Positions 1 to 13,156 of a stretch of 64,000 nt of DNA are shown piece by piece. Below the pieces are notes generated by a model that was given only the letters and a program-made list of their open reading frames with translations, had not been told where the DNA came from and did not search any database. Origin of the DNA: Mobula hypostoma (lineage: Eukaryota); contig NC_086105.1 in the NCBI RefSeq assembly GCF_963921235.1, forward strand, positions 57,908,001 through 57,972,000. Reading direction: 5' to 3'. Numbering within the stretch: the stretch's first letter is position 1; the number at the start of each line of letters is the position of its first letter. Both the position numbers and the translations under genes were made by a program.

Positions 1-1570
1 CCTCCAGGTACTCTGTAACCTCATCCTTGACAATCGACTCCAACAACTTCCCAACCACCGATGTCAAGCTAACAGGTCTATCATTTCCTTTTTGCTTCCT
101 TGCCGCCTTCTTAAATAGCAGAGTGACATTTGCAATTTTCCAGTCCTCCGGAACCATGCCAGAATTTTTATCGACTTTTGAAAGATCATTGCTAATGCCT
201 CCGCAATCTCCACAGCTACTTCCTTCAGAACACGCGGGTACATTCCATCTGGTCCGGGAGATTTATCTACCTTTAGACTATTCAGCTTCCTGAGTACTTT
301 CTCTGTCGTAAATGTGACTGCGCACACTTCTCTTCCCTGCCACCCCTGAGTGTCCAGTATACTGCTGATGTCTTCCTCAGTGAAGACTGATGCAAAATAC
401 TCGCTCAATTCCTCTGCCATCTCCTTATCTCCCATTACAATTTCTCCAGCATCATTTTCTATCGGTCCTATATCTACTCTCAGCTCTCTTTTACTCTTTA
501 TATACTTGAAAAAGCTTCTAGTATCCTCTTTGATATTATTTACTAGCTTCCTTTCATAGTTCATCTTTTCCCTCTTAATGACCTTCTTAGTTTCCTTTTG
601 TAAGCTTTTAAAAACTTCCCAATCCTCTGTCTTCCCACTAAATTTTGCTTCCTTGTATGCCCCCTCCTTTGCTTTAACTTTGGCTTTGACTTCTCTTGTC
701 AGCCACAGTTGCATCCTTTTGCCATTTGAAAGTTTATTCTTTTTTGGAATATATCTGTCTTGCACCTTCCTCACTTCTCGCATAAATTCCAGCCACTGCT
801 GCTCTGCCGTCCTTCCCACTAGTGTCCCTTTCCAGTCAACTCTGGGCAGTTCCTCTCTCATGCCACTGTAATTTCCTTTACTCCACTGAAATACCGACAC
901 ATCAGATTTCAGCTTCTCTTCTTCAAATTTCACAGTGAACTCAATCATGTTATGATCACTGTCTCCTGAGGATTCCTTCACCTCAATCTCTCTAATCACC
1001 TCTGGTTCATTACACAATACCCAATCCAGTACAGTCGATCCCCTAGTGGGCTCAACAACGAGCTGTTCTAAAAAGCCATCTCGCAGACATTCTATAAATT
1101 CTCTCTCTTGAGATCCAGTGCTGACCTAATTTTCCCAATCCACTCGCATGTTAAAATCCCCCACAATTATCATAACACTGCCCTTCTGACAAGCCTTTTC
1201 TATTTCCTGTTGTAATTTGTAGTCCACATCCCTGCAGCTGTTTGGGGGCCTGTATATAACTGCCATCAGGGTCCTTTTACTCCTGCGATTTCTTAGCTCA
1301 ACCCATGAAGATTCTGCACCTTCCAATCCTATACCACCTCTTTCTAATGATTTAATATCATTTCTTACCAATAAAGCCACGCCACTCTCTCTGCCTACCT
1401 GCCTATCCTTCCAATACACCATGTATTCTTGGACGTTCAGCTCCCAGAAACATGCATCTTTTAGCCACGTCTCAGTGATGGCCACAATATCATACCTGCC
1501 AATCTATAGCTGTACGACAAGATCATCCACCTTATTCCTTATGCTGTGTGCATTTAAGCATAACACCTTA
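1..1570 (-). mobile_element. CR1 LINE ORF2, 5' part (APE endonuclease into linker); runs off the left edge
   Basis: ORFs 1126-1485 (AITETW, VIYRPP, IIVGDFN) and 64-1017 (SDHNMI, KSPGPDGMYPRVLKE). Reverse strand near 1570 reads LNAHSIRNK. Few stops or frameshifts. Confidence 0.95.
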
Positions 1571-1770
1571 ATAACACATAATGCATCCTTAATAACAAAT
1601 AACACATAATGCAAATACTGATCCCTAATCAATCATATACCGTACTTTATAACCAATGCAACCCGTGGTCCCTAATCCAGGGATGGTGAACCTATAACAT
1701 ATGTGCCCAGGATGGCATGAACAAAAATTTTGTTGGCAGGAGGTGTGCAATGCTGCTCACCCCACAATTC

Positions 1771-2424
1771 GGAGGGAGGAGAAGATGGCAGCGCGACGCA
1801 GCGCGCGCGGCCATTCCGAATGAATATTAATTATGTGTAACTAGGGGGCCGTGCACAATCCGGATTTGATGGAGACAGCCATGATAAGTGCAGAGGAACA
1901 TCTGGAGTAATTTCTGAAATGCCTGCTTTGCTGCTGCTGTTACTGTGCGATCGAGAATCTCCGGAGACGAAGGCCCCAAATCCTCGGCTTTGCGTATCGC
2001 CCGTTGCCGGGGCCGGGGTCGAGCGCTCGGCAGAGATGGTGCTCGGTGCTCGGTGTCGAAGAGGTGGTCGGAGGCTCGGAGTTTTCGGTCAGACTCGGAG
2101 TCGGACTGTGGTCGGATGCTTCCAGGATGCTGCATCGACGAGTTGGCGGTGCTGGAGGTTTACCGTCTGCGTGAGATGATGGGACTTTCGAGAGACTTTG
2201 AGACTTTTGCTGTGCCATGGTCTGTTCTTATCAAATTATGGTATTACTTTGCACTGTTGTAACTATATGTTATAATTATGTGGTTTTTGTTCGTTTTTAA
2301 GTCAGTTTGTCATGTGTTTTCATGACATCATTCTGGAAAAAACATTTTATCATTTCTTAATGCATGCATTACTAAATGACAATAAAAGGGGACTGTGTGT
2401 CCTCATGATCATAATCATAATCAT
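1771..2424 (+). mobile_element. ~650 bp non-autonomous LINE-mobilised element, copy 1
   Basis: CpG-rich head (GGAGAAGATGGCAGCGCGACGCAGC), AATAAA, then (ATAATC)n tail. Homologous along its length to 4215-4852. Confidence 0.75.
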
Positions 2425-2829
2425 TCTTTACACACCAACCATAATAAGACAAACATTACTGCCGAATGATGTAGCAAATGATTTTTCACAGCCTGAGAGC
2501 AGGGAGATGCTTTAACAGGAAACGTTTCATGCAAGCTTGGTGCATGCTAGATGGTTGTAAGAATCTGTAACATTGAATGATACCATTTGAAATCCATGCA
2601 GACCTAACCAGTATTGGGATAATAATTTGGCCATTTGAAATTGGCTTTCCTCTGCTTATATTTTTTCTTGTGTCATTTGAGACAGAATGCTTGATATTCT
2701 GTGATTTTTTTAAAGTTGTTTTAGAGATACAGCACGGTTACAGCCCTTCTGGCTTAACAAGGCTGCCTCACCTAATTACACCCATGTGCCAATTAACCTA
2801 CTAACACAGTTGTCCTTGTGGTGATCAGA

Positions 2830-3530
2830 CGTGGCAGTTTTCTCAAACACTTGATCTCCCAAAAGTGGAACATCTAACGATTAAGATTTGTATTGTATTT
2901 GCCAAGAGAGTTCTCCTCCTTGTTCCTGACCGCAGATTCCATTCCGCCAACAGCTGACATTAATCAGGCAGTCACAATACTGTATGCTGCCGTCATCAAA
3001 CAACAATCTGCCCACCCTGACGCATTTCAAATCATGATCAGGGGCTTCAATCAGGCTTGTTTCAAGAAATCTCTTTCCAATTATCATCAGCATTCTGTGC
3101 GCAGCACCGGTTGTCCTAACACATTCAACCACTGCTATACTACAATAAAGAATGCCTACCATGTCATGCCTAGACTGCATTTTGGGAAATCTGATCATTT
3201 GGCTATCCTACCTGCCAACAGGCGGAAGCTAAATAGCAAGGCTCTAGAGATACGGACAACAAGGAAGTGATTGCAGGAGGCACAGTAGCTGCAAAGGGGT
3301 TGCTCCAAGACAATGGATTGGGCATTGTACAAGGACTCATCGAAGATGATTTGTCGTCAGGGACTTATAAAGACAATCGTAGATTACTATCTACTCACAA
3401 AATCATTCAGTGTCTTCCCCAACCAGAAGTACTGGATGAAACATGAGATCCACAATCTGCTGAGGGCCAGATCACTGGCACTCAGATCTGGTGACCAAGT
3501 AAGAAACAAGAGATCCAGGTATGATCTCCA
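2830..3530 (+). mobile_element. Rex1/Babar-type LINE endonuclease remnant
   Basis: ORF 2893-3270 has YLPREFS, HPDAF, HCYTTIKNAY, PRLHFGKSDHL; ORF 3313-3666 has FPNQKYWM. Confidence 0.85.
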
Positions 3531-4214
3531 GCCATGTTGTGTTAAGGTCAAGATTAGGTCTATTCTGGTCATATTGAATAGAGCCACAGATGTGGCCAAC
3601 ATACAAGGAAAGTCTGCAGATGCTGGAAATCCAAAGCAATGCACTCTATTTATCTTCTGCACTTAATAACCAAACATACAACATTCACATGGTCTCCTTG
3701 TTTAGCAATCCATGCCTCTAGTGTCCCCATTTCCAGCATCAGTGGTTCACATGAGAGAAGAAAACACCACCAACTCCTATTGTAATACCAACTACACTTT
3801 AAAGTTTACACATTAAAACCTCATTATTGGAAATGTCTTTCACAAGGTCTAAATGCTGGTGCACATTGAGGTCAAGTTCTTGGGGACCTAGTTGAGATTA
3901 TTTTAGCTCAGATACGTTTGCATTTAGCATTCTTCACAAGCCATTAAGTATCTTCTGAATTGCAGCTACCATTTTAATGAAATACCTGTTTTGAGGTTTG
4001 AGGTGCTTGTTTTAATACTGTCATGTAACCAAGGAGAGAGTGCACATGGAATGCTGTGTCTTTTTTTGGGTCCCCTCCCTCTAAAAGAGTCTCTTGAGGA
4101 GTTTCAGCTTGTCCCAGGGCCAGCAGGCCTGCTGTACGAGTAGGCTGGGACTGCATTTCAAAACTTAGAGGAATATAAGCAAATCTTATTGCAAAATACA
4201 GAATTCTTGAAGGC

Positions 4215-4852
4215 CTTAGATTATTAGGTTATTAGATTATGAGGACACGCAGTCCTCTTTTATTGTCATTTAGTAATGCATGCATTAACAACTGATACAA
4301 TATTCCTCCGGTGTGATGTCACAAAACACAGGACAGACCAAGACTGAAAAACTGACAAAAAACATGTAATTATAACATATAGTTACAAGAGTGCAACAGT
4401 ACCATAACTTAATGAAGAACAGGCCATGGCACAGTAAAAAAGTTCAAAGTCTCTCGAAGGTCCCACATCTCACGCAGACGGGAGAAGGAAGAAAACTCTC
4501 CCTGCCATGCCCAACCACAGTCCGACTCTGAGTCGTCCGAAAACTTGGAGCTCAGATCAACCCTCCGACACCGAGTACTGAGCACCATCTCTATCCAAAC
4601 GCTTCGACCTCAGCCTCGGTCGCCAGCAGCAGGCAAAGCTGAGGATTTTGGGGCCTTCCCTCCGGAGATTCTTGATCGCACAGTAGCAGCGGCAGCGAAC
4701 CGGGCATTTCAGAAATTTCTCCAGATGTTCCTCTGTGCTTTCACGTCTGTCTCCATCAAATCAGAATTGTCCATGGCCCCTATTTAACTGATACAATATC
4801 ATTTCACCGGAGAGCTGCGAGCGCTGCGTCGTCTCCTCCCGCCATATGCCAA
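4215..4852 (-). mobile_element. Non-autonomous element, copy 2, inserted in a decayed CR1 3' end (~4160-5090)
   Basis: Reverse complement aligns to 1771-2424. (ATAATCTA)n tail. Candidate TSD AAGGC at 4210-4214 and 4853-4857. Confidence 0.8.
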
Positions 4853-5659
4853 AAGGCACTGGCAGTGGAAGTAAGGATGTTTCCTCTGCTATGGGAGTCT
4901 CGGAGCAGGTGGCCCTGTTTGAGACTAAGGAGTAAGCAGTTTAGTAACATGAGAAGGCTTAGTCATTGATTCCATTCAATAGATTTCAGTAGATTGAGGG
5001 AATCGATTATTTACGTTAGAATTCGACACTCAAGTAGAGGACCGACAATGACTTGGATGAATGACGGTTGGCTAATTCTGCTTATTTGCTCAGTTTCTTG
5101 CACTTCTCTCAGGGAGATGAGATCTGTCAACTGAAATGAGTATTTTCAACTGTACTACAGTCACCCAGGAATGGAATAGAGTATTAGAATCAGAATCAGA
5201 TTTATTCTCACTTCTCATGAACTTTGTTGTTTTACAGCAGTAGTAACATAAAATAAACAAAAAAGATCACAAAATCAATAACGAGTATAAAAGAGAACGA
5301 AGAATGAGATCCTGTTGATGGGTTCATGGTCCAATCAGAGATATGATGATGGAGGAGAAGCCATTCCTGAATTGTGGAGCCCGAACACGTGACTCCAAGG
5401 GACCAGAGAGCACCGTGAATATTGACAAGTCATTGAAGGGCATGGGTCTATTGTGTAGTAAGAACAGAAAGTGAAGATAAGCCTTCCAGAAGTACGAGGA
5501 GACCATGAGTGAGTACACTAAATATCATGTAAAGTATGCCTGCTCCTGTTGTTCTTTGAGGTGCAGAGAACAGCCATACTCTGATGAACAGTGAAAGACA
5601 TTTATCATATGTGCAACCTATTAATCCAGTGAATTGATTGTCTCACCTTCTTTATTCTT

Positions 5660-6310
5660 GGCTCATTGACTTCAGGAGGAGGAAACTGGAGGTCCATATC
5701 AGGCATCAGAGGTGGAGGAAGTCAGCAACTTTAGATGATCATTTCAGAGGATCTGTCCTGGGCCCAGCACGCATGTTCTGTTGCAAAGAAAGCACTGTAG
5801 CGCTTAAGAAGTATGCAAAGATTCATCATGACATCTAAAACTTTCTCAAACCTCTATTGATATGTGGTGCAGTGTATATTGATTGTTGCATCACAGCCTG
5901 GTATGGAAACACCGATGACATTGAACAGAAAAACCCTTCAGAAACAGTGGATACAGCCCAGCACATCACAGATAAAGCCCCCTCAACCATCAGTCTCTTC
6001 AAGCAATGGCGATAATTTCTCTCAACTTCACTCTCCCCATCACTGAACTGTTCCCACAACCTATGGAATCAATTTGAAGGACTCGTCATCTCACGTTCTC
6101 GATATCTAATGCTTATTTGTTAATATTTTTCTCTGCTTTATTTGCAGAGTTTGGTTTTGCAGATTGATTGTTTGTCTGTCCTGTTGGCTGCAGACTGTCA
6201 CTGATTCTGTTATAGTTCTTGGATTACTGTATGACTGTAAGAAAACAAATCTCAGAGTTGTATATGATGACATATATGTACTTTGATAATAAATCTGCTT
6301 TGAATTTTGA
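5660..6310 (+). mobile_element. Rex1-type LINE 3' fragment
   Basis: Decayed LIDFRR and CITAWYGN coding, then 3' UTR AATCTCAG..TTGTATAT..GTACTTTGATAATAAA..TTTGA. Same tail seen at ~14486, ~46875 and ~51977. Confidence 0.75.
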
Positions 6311-7502
6311 TTGTCTCCATCTACTGGCAGTCATGAAAGTGCAAATGTACAGTGTCACAGCAACCGATCACTTCATGGTGCTCCGTTGCTGGACCTCTGA
6401 ATTAAATTAAGACTGTTCACCTTCAATACAACATGTCACAGATTTAAAGCGTTTTTATCTTTCAGTCAGGAAATAAAATCATCTTTAGTTTCTGATGCAT
6501 TTGACTTCCAATCACTTAATTTGGATTCATGGTCTTTCAAGACTGGGGGAGAGAAAAGGGAGCAAGGGAGAGATAGAACCAAAGGAAGTGATTGAGACAG
6601 GTACAATAATTACATTTAAAAGACACCTGGATAAGTACATGCATAGGCAAGTTTAAGAGGGCTTCAACTAAATGCAGGAAAATGAGATTATCTGAGGTGG
6701 GCACCATGGCCAGCATGAAGGAGTTGGACTAAATGCTCTCCTTCTGTGCCGAATGACTTAATGAATAAGACTTCCGAGCTGAATTTAAATCAAAGGATTC
6801 TAGCAGATCCCTAAATATCCACATCACCCCAAAAGGTCCATGGGAGCTGTTGCTGGTTGTTTAAAAGCTTTAAAACTGTAGCAAAGCAGTATTGTGGGAA
6901 TTCTTTGCATGTATTTAACAAACAGACAGTATATCATTGAAAATTTCTTTTTTCCTCTCTCTGAAGTTTACTGATCAAATTTTGGACAATTAATTATTTA
7001 GGAGTACTGCCAACCAAAGGAGGACAGGTCATCATGACATTCCATTTGAGCTGAGCATAGTTTCACTACCTGAGCTTTTTTATAAAACTACTAAAAGGAG
7101 GAAACTATGGTTCTGGATGTTATCTGCATAACCTATGCCTTCTCTGTGAGATAGAACTCTTTCATTACTGACATGCTTTTCATGATAAAAATATGTTTCT
7201 CCTCAGAAGCTGTAGCTGGTTTATAGTCCTTTGGCCTAGTTTGTAAGGCAACCTTTTTTGACAGTTGAGCTCCTCAAGTAATTAAGTGTCACAATAATTG
7301 CAGGCCACAAGTTATCACATACCCAGAGCAGTATAACCCTGTTAGAGTGAAGGGAACCTTGTCTAATAAGAGATATTGAAGCTCTGGTCAAGAAAAAAGG
7401 AAGCATAAATGGGATTTAGGAGATCAGAGAACAGTGAATCTCTTGATGACTATAGAAAAAGAATAAGAACACTCTTAAGAGGGATAACAGGAAGGGAAAG
7501 AG

Positions 7503-7791
7503 CAACACTCAACACCTATTCCTTCTTAACCTCTCCTGCCTATCACCACCCTGCTTCCCTTCCTCCACCCCTTGATCTTTCCCCTTACTGGTTTTTCACC
7601 TGGCTTCTCCTTCCCACCCTCCCCCCACCTTCTTTATAGGGCCTCTGCCCCTTCCCTCTACAGTCCTGATGAAGGGTTCCAGCCCGAAACGTTGACTGAT
7701 CGTTTCCACCGTTGCTGCCCGGCCTGCTGAGTTCCTCCAGCATGTTGTAAGTGTTGCTTTGGCCCCAGCATCTGCAGGGTATTTTGTGTTT
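7503..7791 (+). mobile_element. Penelope-like element (PLE) terminal-repeat insertion
   Basis: 14-bp TSD AGGAAGGGAAAGAG at 7489-7502 and 7792-7805. Same terminal sequence follows GIY-YIG coding in the PLE copies at 20010-20645 and 35325-36620. Confidence 0.85.
7661..7698 (+). ncRNA. Minimal type I hammerhead ribozyme motif
   Basis: CAGTC-CTGATGA-A-GGG(TTCCAG)CCC-GAAAC-GTT-GACTG. Helix I CAGTC/GACTG, intact core boxes, palindromic helix III. Activity untested. Confidence 0.7.
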
Positions 7792-9304
7792 AGGAAGGGA
7801 AAGAGAGTATGAGATGGATCTGGTAGATAACATTAAGAAAATTCTCAAAAGGCTCTATAGCTGTATTGAGTAAAAGGGTGGCTTGGGACAGAGTAGATCC
7901 CCTCATCAGGGTTGTATTTGTTTTCGGCACAGGAAAGGGGTAGGACTTCTCATGAATATTTCTCCCTGGTGTTTACTGATGAAAAAAATGGTTGTTCAAA
8001 GAATAATGGGAACATGTTGAGATGTTTTCATATTACCAGGATGGAGATACAGTACTTGTAACTTAAAGCTCATTAAGGTGGATAAAATCCCTAGAGCCTG
8101 GCCGGGTGATCCCTGGGCTCTGTGTAAGGCAAAAGAGGAAACTGTGGAGGCACCTGCTGAGATACTTGCTTCATTATTAGCCACTGCTCTGGCTCCCAAA
8201 GACTGATGTGGTAAATTTGATTTGCTGTTTAAGAAGGGTAGCAAGGACACTTTTGATCATTCTAATATCACTGGTTACTGGAAATTATTCTGGGGGAACA
8301 GAATCTACAAGCACTTGGTTAGACAGAGTCTGATTAAGAGTATGGTTTTCTGCATGGAAATTTGCATTTGACAGAATTTTTTTGGTGATTCTTGAAGATG
8401 TAACTAGAAGTGTAGATGTGGGTAGGACAGTGTCTATTTGGTCTTCACCAAGACCTTTAACAAGGTCCCACATGGTAGAAAGGTCTGGAAGATTAGTTAC
8501 CATAGAATCCAAGAAGAGCTATTTAAGTGTATTCAAAATTGGATCAGTGAAAAGAAGCAGATGGTGATGATGAAGGTTGTTTTCTCGAAATGGAGACTGG
8601 TGATGAGTCGTGCGTCATTTTGGTCAGTGTTGGGATCGTTATTACTCATTATTTACAGAAACAATTTGGATACGAATACACAAGGCTTGATCAGTAAATT
8701 TTCAGATGATATGAAAGTAGGAGTTGTTGATAGTGAAAAAGGTTATAATAGATTACAGGGGATCTTGATCAGTTAGTGAATGGGATGAAGGAATGGTAAT
8801 TAGATTTCAAGACAGATATGTGTAAAGATGCACTTTGGAAAGTCAAACCAGCATAAGATTTTTACTATAAATGGTAGGGAACTGTGGAGTGTAAAGGAAC
8901 AGAGGGATACAGGAGTACAAGTGCATAGTTTGTTGAAAGCAGTGTCACAGGTAGATAGGGTGATGAAGAAGGCATTTATAATGACAGCATTCAACCAGGG
9001 CACCTTGTTTTGGAGTTGGGACATTATGTTACAGTTATGTAAGTTGTTGCTGAACATACACTGAGAGTATTGTTTATAGTTTTAGTTACCCTGTTAAAGG
9101 AAAGAATTAGTTAAACTGGAAAGAGTGAGAAAAGATTTATGAGGATGCTGCCAGCCAATGATATCTGCTGTATATTAACAATCTTATAAAAGTTTGTTAT
9201 ACTTGATCTAGGTGAAGCATTTATTGCTCTAGACTTCGTCACCCTGTTCCAAAAATCTATTGGACTGTTTTCATATGCCCTCACATTGCAAATTAAAACC
9301 AGTA

Positions 9305-9600
9305 ATGCTCAGGGAGCTGGATTTGGTTCCAATCTCTGGTGCTGTCTGCCTGGGCTTTGTAGAACCCCACTATCCCTGTGTGGGTTTCCCAACATTTTTG
9401 CTTCCTCCCACATTCCAATGATATTGATGAGTTGATTCATTGGCTGCTATAAACTGCCTGTGGAGTAGGAGGGAGGCAGGAGCGAAGGGCAGGGAGTGTG
9501 GGTGTCGTTGAAAGGAATGCAGCAGTTAAATTGGGGTTGGTGTAGATGGGTACTCAGTATGAACATGGTGTGTTGATATGTCTATGTTCTATGTTCTATG
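9305..9600 (+). mobile_element. Decayed V-SINE/HE1-like SINE
   Basis: V-domain-like GTGTGGGTTTCC..TTCCTCCCACATTCCAA and (TTCTATG)n tail. Confidence 0.6.
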
Positions 9601-10897
9601 ATATAAAATATTTATGGGTGGAATCCAGGAACTGCAAAGATAAAAAGACTCTGATAGGAAATAACTATAGGCATGTGAATAGTAGTCAGGATATAGAGAG
9701 CAAAATACACACAGAGATTGAAAAAGCATGTGAGAAAGGCAAAGTTACAGTGAGCATAGGACTTTAATGCAGGTAGACTGGAAATCAGGTTGGTAGTGGA
9801 CCCCAAGAAAAGGAATTTATGGAATGTCTACATGATGGTTTTTAGAGCAGTTTGAGGAAAAGCCCACTAGGGAATAGAAATTTCTGGGTTGGTATTACAT
9901 AAAGAGGCAGACTTGATCAGGGAACTTAAGGTGAAGGAAACCAAAGGAAACAGTGACCACAATATGATGGAATTCACCCTACTGTTTGAGAGAGAGAAGA
10001 GAGTGAAGATCAATATCCTCATCACAGTTTTGCTAGAGCTGTTGGAGAGTGTTTAACTAATTTGCCGGGGGGTGGGAACTGGAAAGATAGGTTTGAGGAT
10101 GAAGCAGTTGATACCCAAGTAGATGCAGTATATAGTGAGACTGAGAGGAAGGACAGGCAGATGATACGGAAGAATTGCAGTCAGACAGATGAGTTGAATT
10201 GCAACATGGGGACAAATCATAAAGGGTTATGAATACAGGACTGATGGTACTAGATCTGAATGCACACAGTCTATGGAATAAGGTCGATGATCTTGTACTG
10301 CAGTTAGAGATTGACAGGTAGGAACTTATGGGCATTACTGAGTCCTGGCTGAAAAAAGATCATAGTTGGGAGCTTAGCATTCAAGGATACAATTGTATTG
10401 AAAGGATGGGCAGATCAGCAGAAGATAGGGCATCTCTATTGGTAAAAAGAGTGAAATAAAATCCTGAGAAAGAGGTGACATTGCGTAGGAAGAAGTAAAA
10501 TTCTCGTGGGTAGAGTTAAGAAACTGCAAGGATAAAAAGACCCTGGTAGAAGTTATATGTAGGCTTCCAAACAGTCAGTATTACAATGGAGTAAGAGGAA
10601 TTACAGAGGCATGAAAGAAGAAGTGTTCAAAGTTGATTGGAAGGAGCCACTCACAGGGGTGATGGCAGAATGACAAAGGCTGGGGTTTCTGGGAGGAATT
10701 CAGAAGGCTTAGGACAGATACATTCCAAAGAGGAAGATCTATTCTAAGGGCAAGATGAGGCAACTGTGGCTGATGAGGAAATACAAAGCCAGCATAAAAG
10801 CAAAAGAGTTGGTATATAATTTGGCAAAAAAAAATTGGGAAGTTAGAGGAATGCAAAGGCAACTAAAAAAACCTTAAGGAGAGAAAAGAATAAATAT

Positions 10898-11009
10898 AGT
10901 CAGTCATACTTTATTGATCCCGGGGCAAAATGGTTTTCATTACAGTTGCACCATAAATAATAAATAGTAATAGAACCATAAATAGTTAAATAGTAATATG
11001 TACTATTTG
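10898..11009 (-). mobile_element. Short 5'-truncated LINE-type tail inserted in CR1
   Basis: TSD AAATAT at 10892-10897 and 11010-11015; AATAAA plus (GACT)n end on minus strand. Confidence 0.55.
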
Positions 11010-11529
11010 AAATATGAAGGTAAGTGAGCCAATAATATAAGAAACAAATATGTATAGAATAAAAGAGAGGTGAGAGTAGATATTGGACCAATGGAAACTG
11101 ACACTGGAGTGGTTGTAATGGGGACAAAGAAATGGCAGATGAACTTAAGAAGAATCGTACATCATTCTTCACTGTGGAAGATACTAGCAGAAATTTGAGA
11201 ATGTTGGGAGCAGAAGTAAGCGTAGTTGATATTATTAAAAAGAAAGTGCTAGGAAAGCTGAAAAGTCTGAAGGTCGATAAGTCAACTGGAGAAGGTGGAT
11301 TACACCCAACATTTTGAAAGAGGAAGCTGAAGAGATTATGGAGGTATTAGTGAATGATCTTTCTGTAGGAGAGGAAAATTGCAAATGTCACCCACTCCTT
11401 ACGAAGGGAGAGAGGAAGAAGAAAGTAAATTATAGGCTAGCTAGCCTGATTTCAGTAGTTGGAGAGGTGTTGGAGTCCTTTATTAAGGATGATGTTTAGG
11501 GGTACTTGGAGGTTCATGAGAAAATAGTT

Positions 11530-11983
11530 GCAACACTATCTGGTATGGAGGGGCCACTATACAGGATTGGAAAGTTGCAAATTCAACCAGCTCCATCATG
11601 GGTACTAGCCTCCCCAGCATCAAGAACACCTTGAAAAGGTGATACCTCAAGAAGGCTTCATCCATCATTAAGGACACCCATCAGCCAGAACATACCCTTT
11701 TCTTACTACTGACATCAGGAAGGAGGTACAGGAGCATGAGACACACACTCAATGTTTCAGAAACAACTTCTATCCCTCCAGTTTATGAATGGACAGTAAA
11801 CCTATGAGCACAATTTAACTTTTTCCTTCCTCTCATTTGCCCTACTTACTGACTTAATTTAATTTTTTTATATAGATTTCTTATTGTAATTTATATTTTT
11901 TAATGCATTGCAATGTATGGCTGCTGCAAAACAACAAATTTCATTACATATGCCAGTGATATTAAACCCAATTTTGATTCTGA
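11530..11983 (+). mobile_element. Rex1-type LINE 3' end
   Basis: IWYGG, KASSIIKD and SGRRYRS coding; (ATTCTG)-type tail. Confidence 0.85.
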
Positions 11984-12619
11984 AGGAACCGATGCTTTGC
12001 TGTCAAGTTTTGCAGAAGTTTCTGAGAGATGTGGAGAGACGGATAGTGTTTCAGAGGCAGAGAGTCTACAGAAATATTTGGACAGCTTGGGAGAGTGGGC
12101 GAAAAAGTGGTAGATTGAGTACAGTGTAGGAAGTGTGGAACATGCACTTTGGTAGGCAGAACAAGGGTGTAGGCTGTTTATTAACCGTGAAGAAAATTCA
12201 GAAATCAGATGTGCAAAGGAACTTGAAAGTCTCAGTTCAGCATTACTTTCAGGTTAACTTGCAGATTGAGTTTGTAGTAAAGAAAGGAAGTAACCCCAGG
12301 AATGAAAAGCCTGATGTAACACAAGTGTTTGATGTCCCTGTGCCATGTACTAAATGAAGTTCAGAACGATGAGGGAACCGACAGGATACTGAATGGGCTG
12401 GACAGAAAGGAACTGGAGCGAACATTTCAATTCAGCAGGAGAGTCTACGATCCAGAATAATTTGATGCTCCTTTAGTGCTGAGATGAGGAGACCAGCAGG
12501 TGGTGAATTGTGGAATGTATTGCCTTGGATGGCAGTGAAAGCCAAGTCATTAGGCAGAGATTGATAGATTGTTGATTGCTACATGTGTTAACAGTTACTT
12601 GGAGCAGGCAGGACAGCAT

Positions 12620-13156
12620 AGGGCATAGAGAACTACAGTACACAAACAGGCCCTTCGGCCCACCCTGATCTTCTAGCTAAACCTATGTATCTCTGTAACC
12701 CTCTGACCCATATACGGTACCTATCCAAACTTTTCTTAAATGTTACAATTAAGCCCCATCCACCACTTCCACACTCACACCATTCTCTGAGCCCTTTCAG
12801 ACTCCTCTTAAGTATTTCACCTTTTACCCCAAACCAATGACCTCCAGTCTAATCGTAGCCAATCAATTTTTTTTACGGGGGCGAGCTTCCTTGCATTCAC
12901 TCTACCTACACCCCTCATAATTTTGGATACCTCCACAAGATACTCCTCATTCTCCTATGCTCCACTGAATAAAGTCCTATCCTGTTCAGCCGTTCCCGAT
13001 AAATCAGGTCCTCAAGCCCTAGTGACATTCTTGTAAATTTTCTCTGCACTCTTTCAAGCTTATTGATATCTTTCCTGTAGGTAGGCAACCAAACTGCACA
13101 CAATACTCCAAATTCAACCTTAAAATATTTTATAATACTTCAACATAACAACCCAA
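12620..13156 (-). mobile_element. CR1 3' end
   Basis: ORF 12915-13103 has YRKDINKLERVQRKFTRM; CR1 3' UTR GGGCCGAAGGGCCTGT. Confidence 0.85.

Larger units (their letters stand above)
7330..9155 (+). mobile_element. Decayed CR1 ORF2 (RT region), split by a Penelope-like insertion
   Basis: ORFs 8438-8776 (FNKVPH, SVLGSLL, ISKFSDD) and 8828-9064 (MHFGKSN). Confidence 0.85.
9608..12610 (+). mobile_element. Decayed, rearranged CR1 with nested insertions
   Basis: WVESRNCKDKKTL, LNAHSLWNKVDDL, MADELKK..LKVDKS, LGEWAKKW and MHFGRQN segments. Confidence 0.85.

Noticed and set aside
6313-6330. CTCF-like motif (CCAGTAGATGGAG, minus)
   Set aside because: Single imperfect match.
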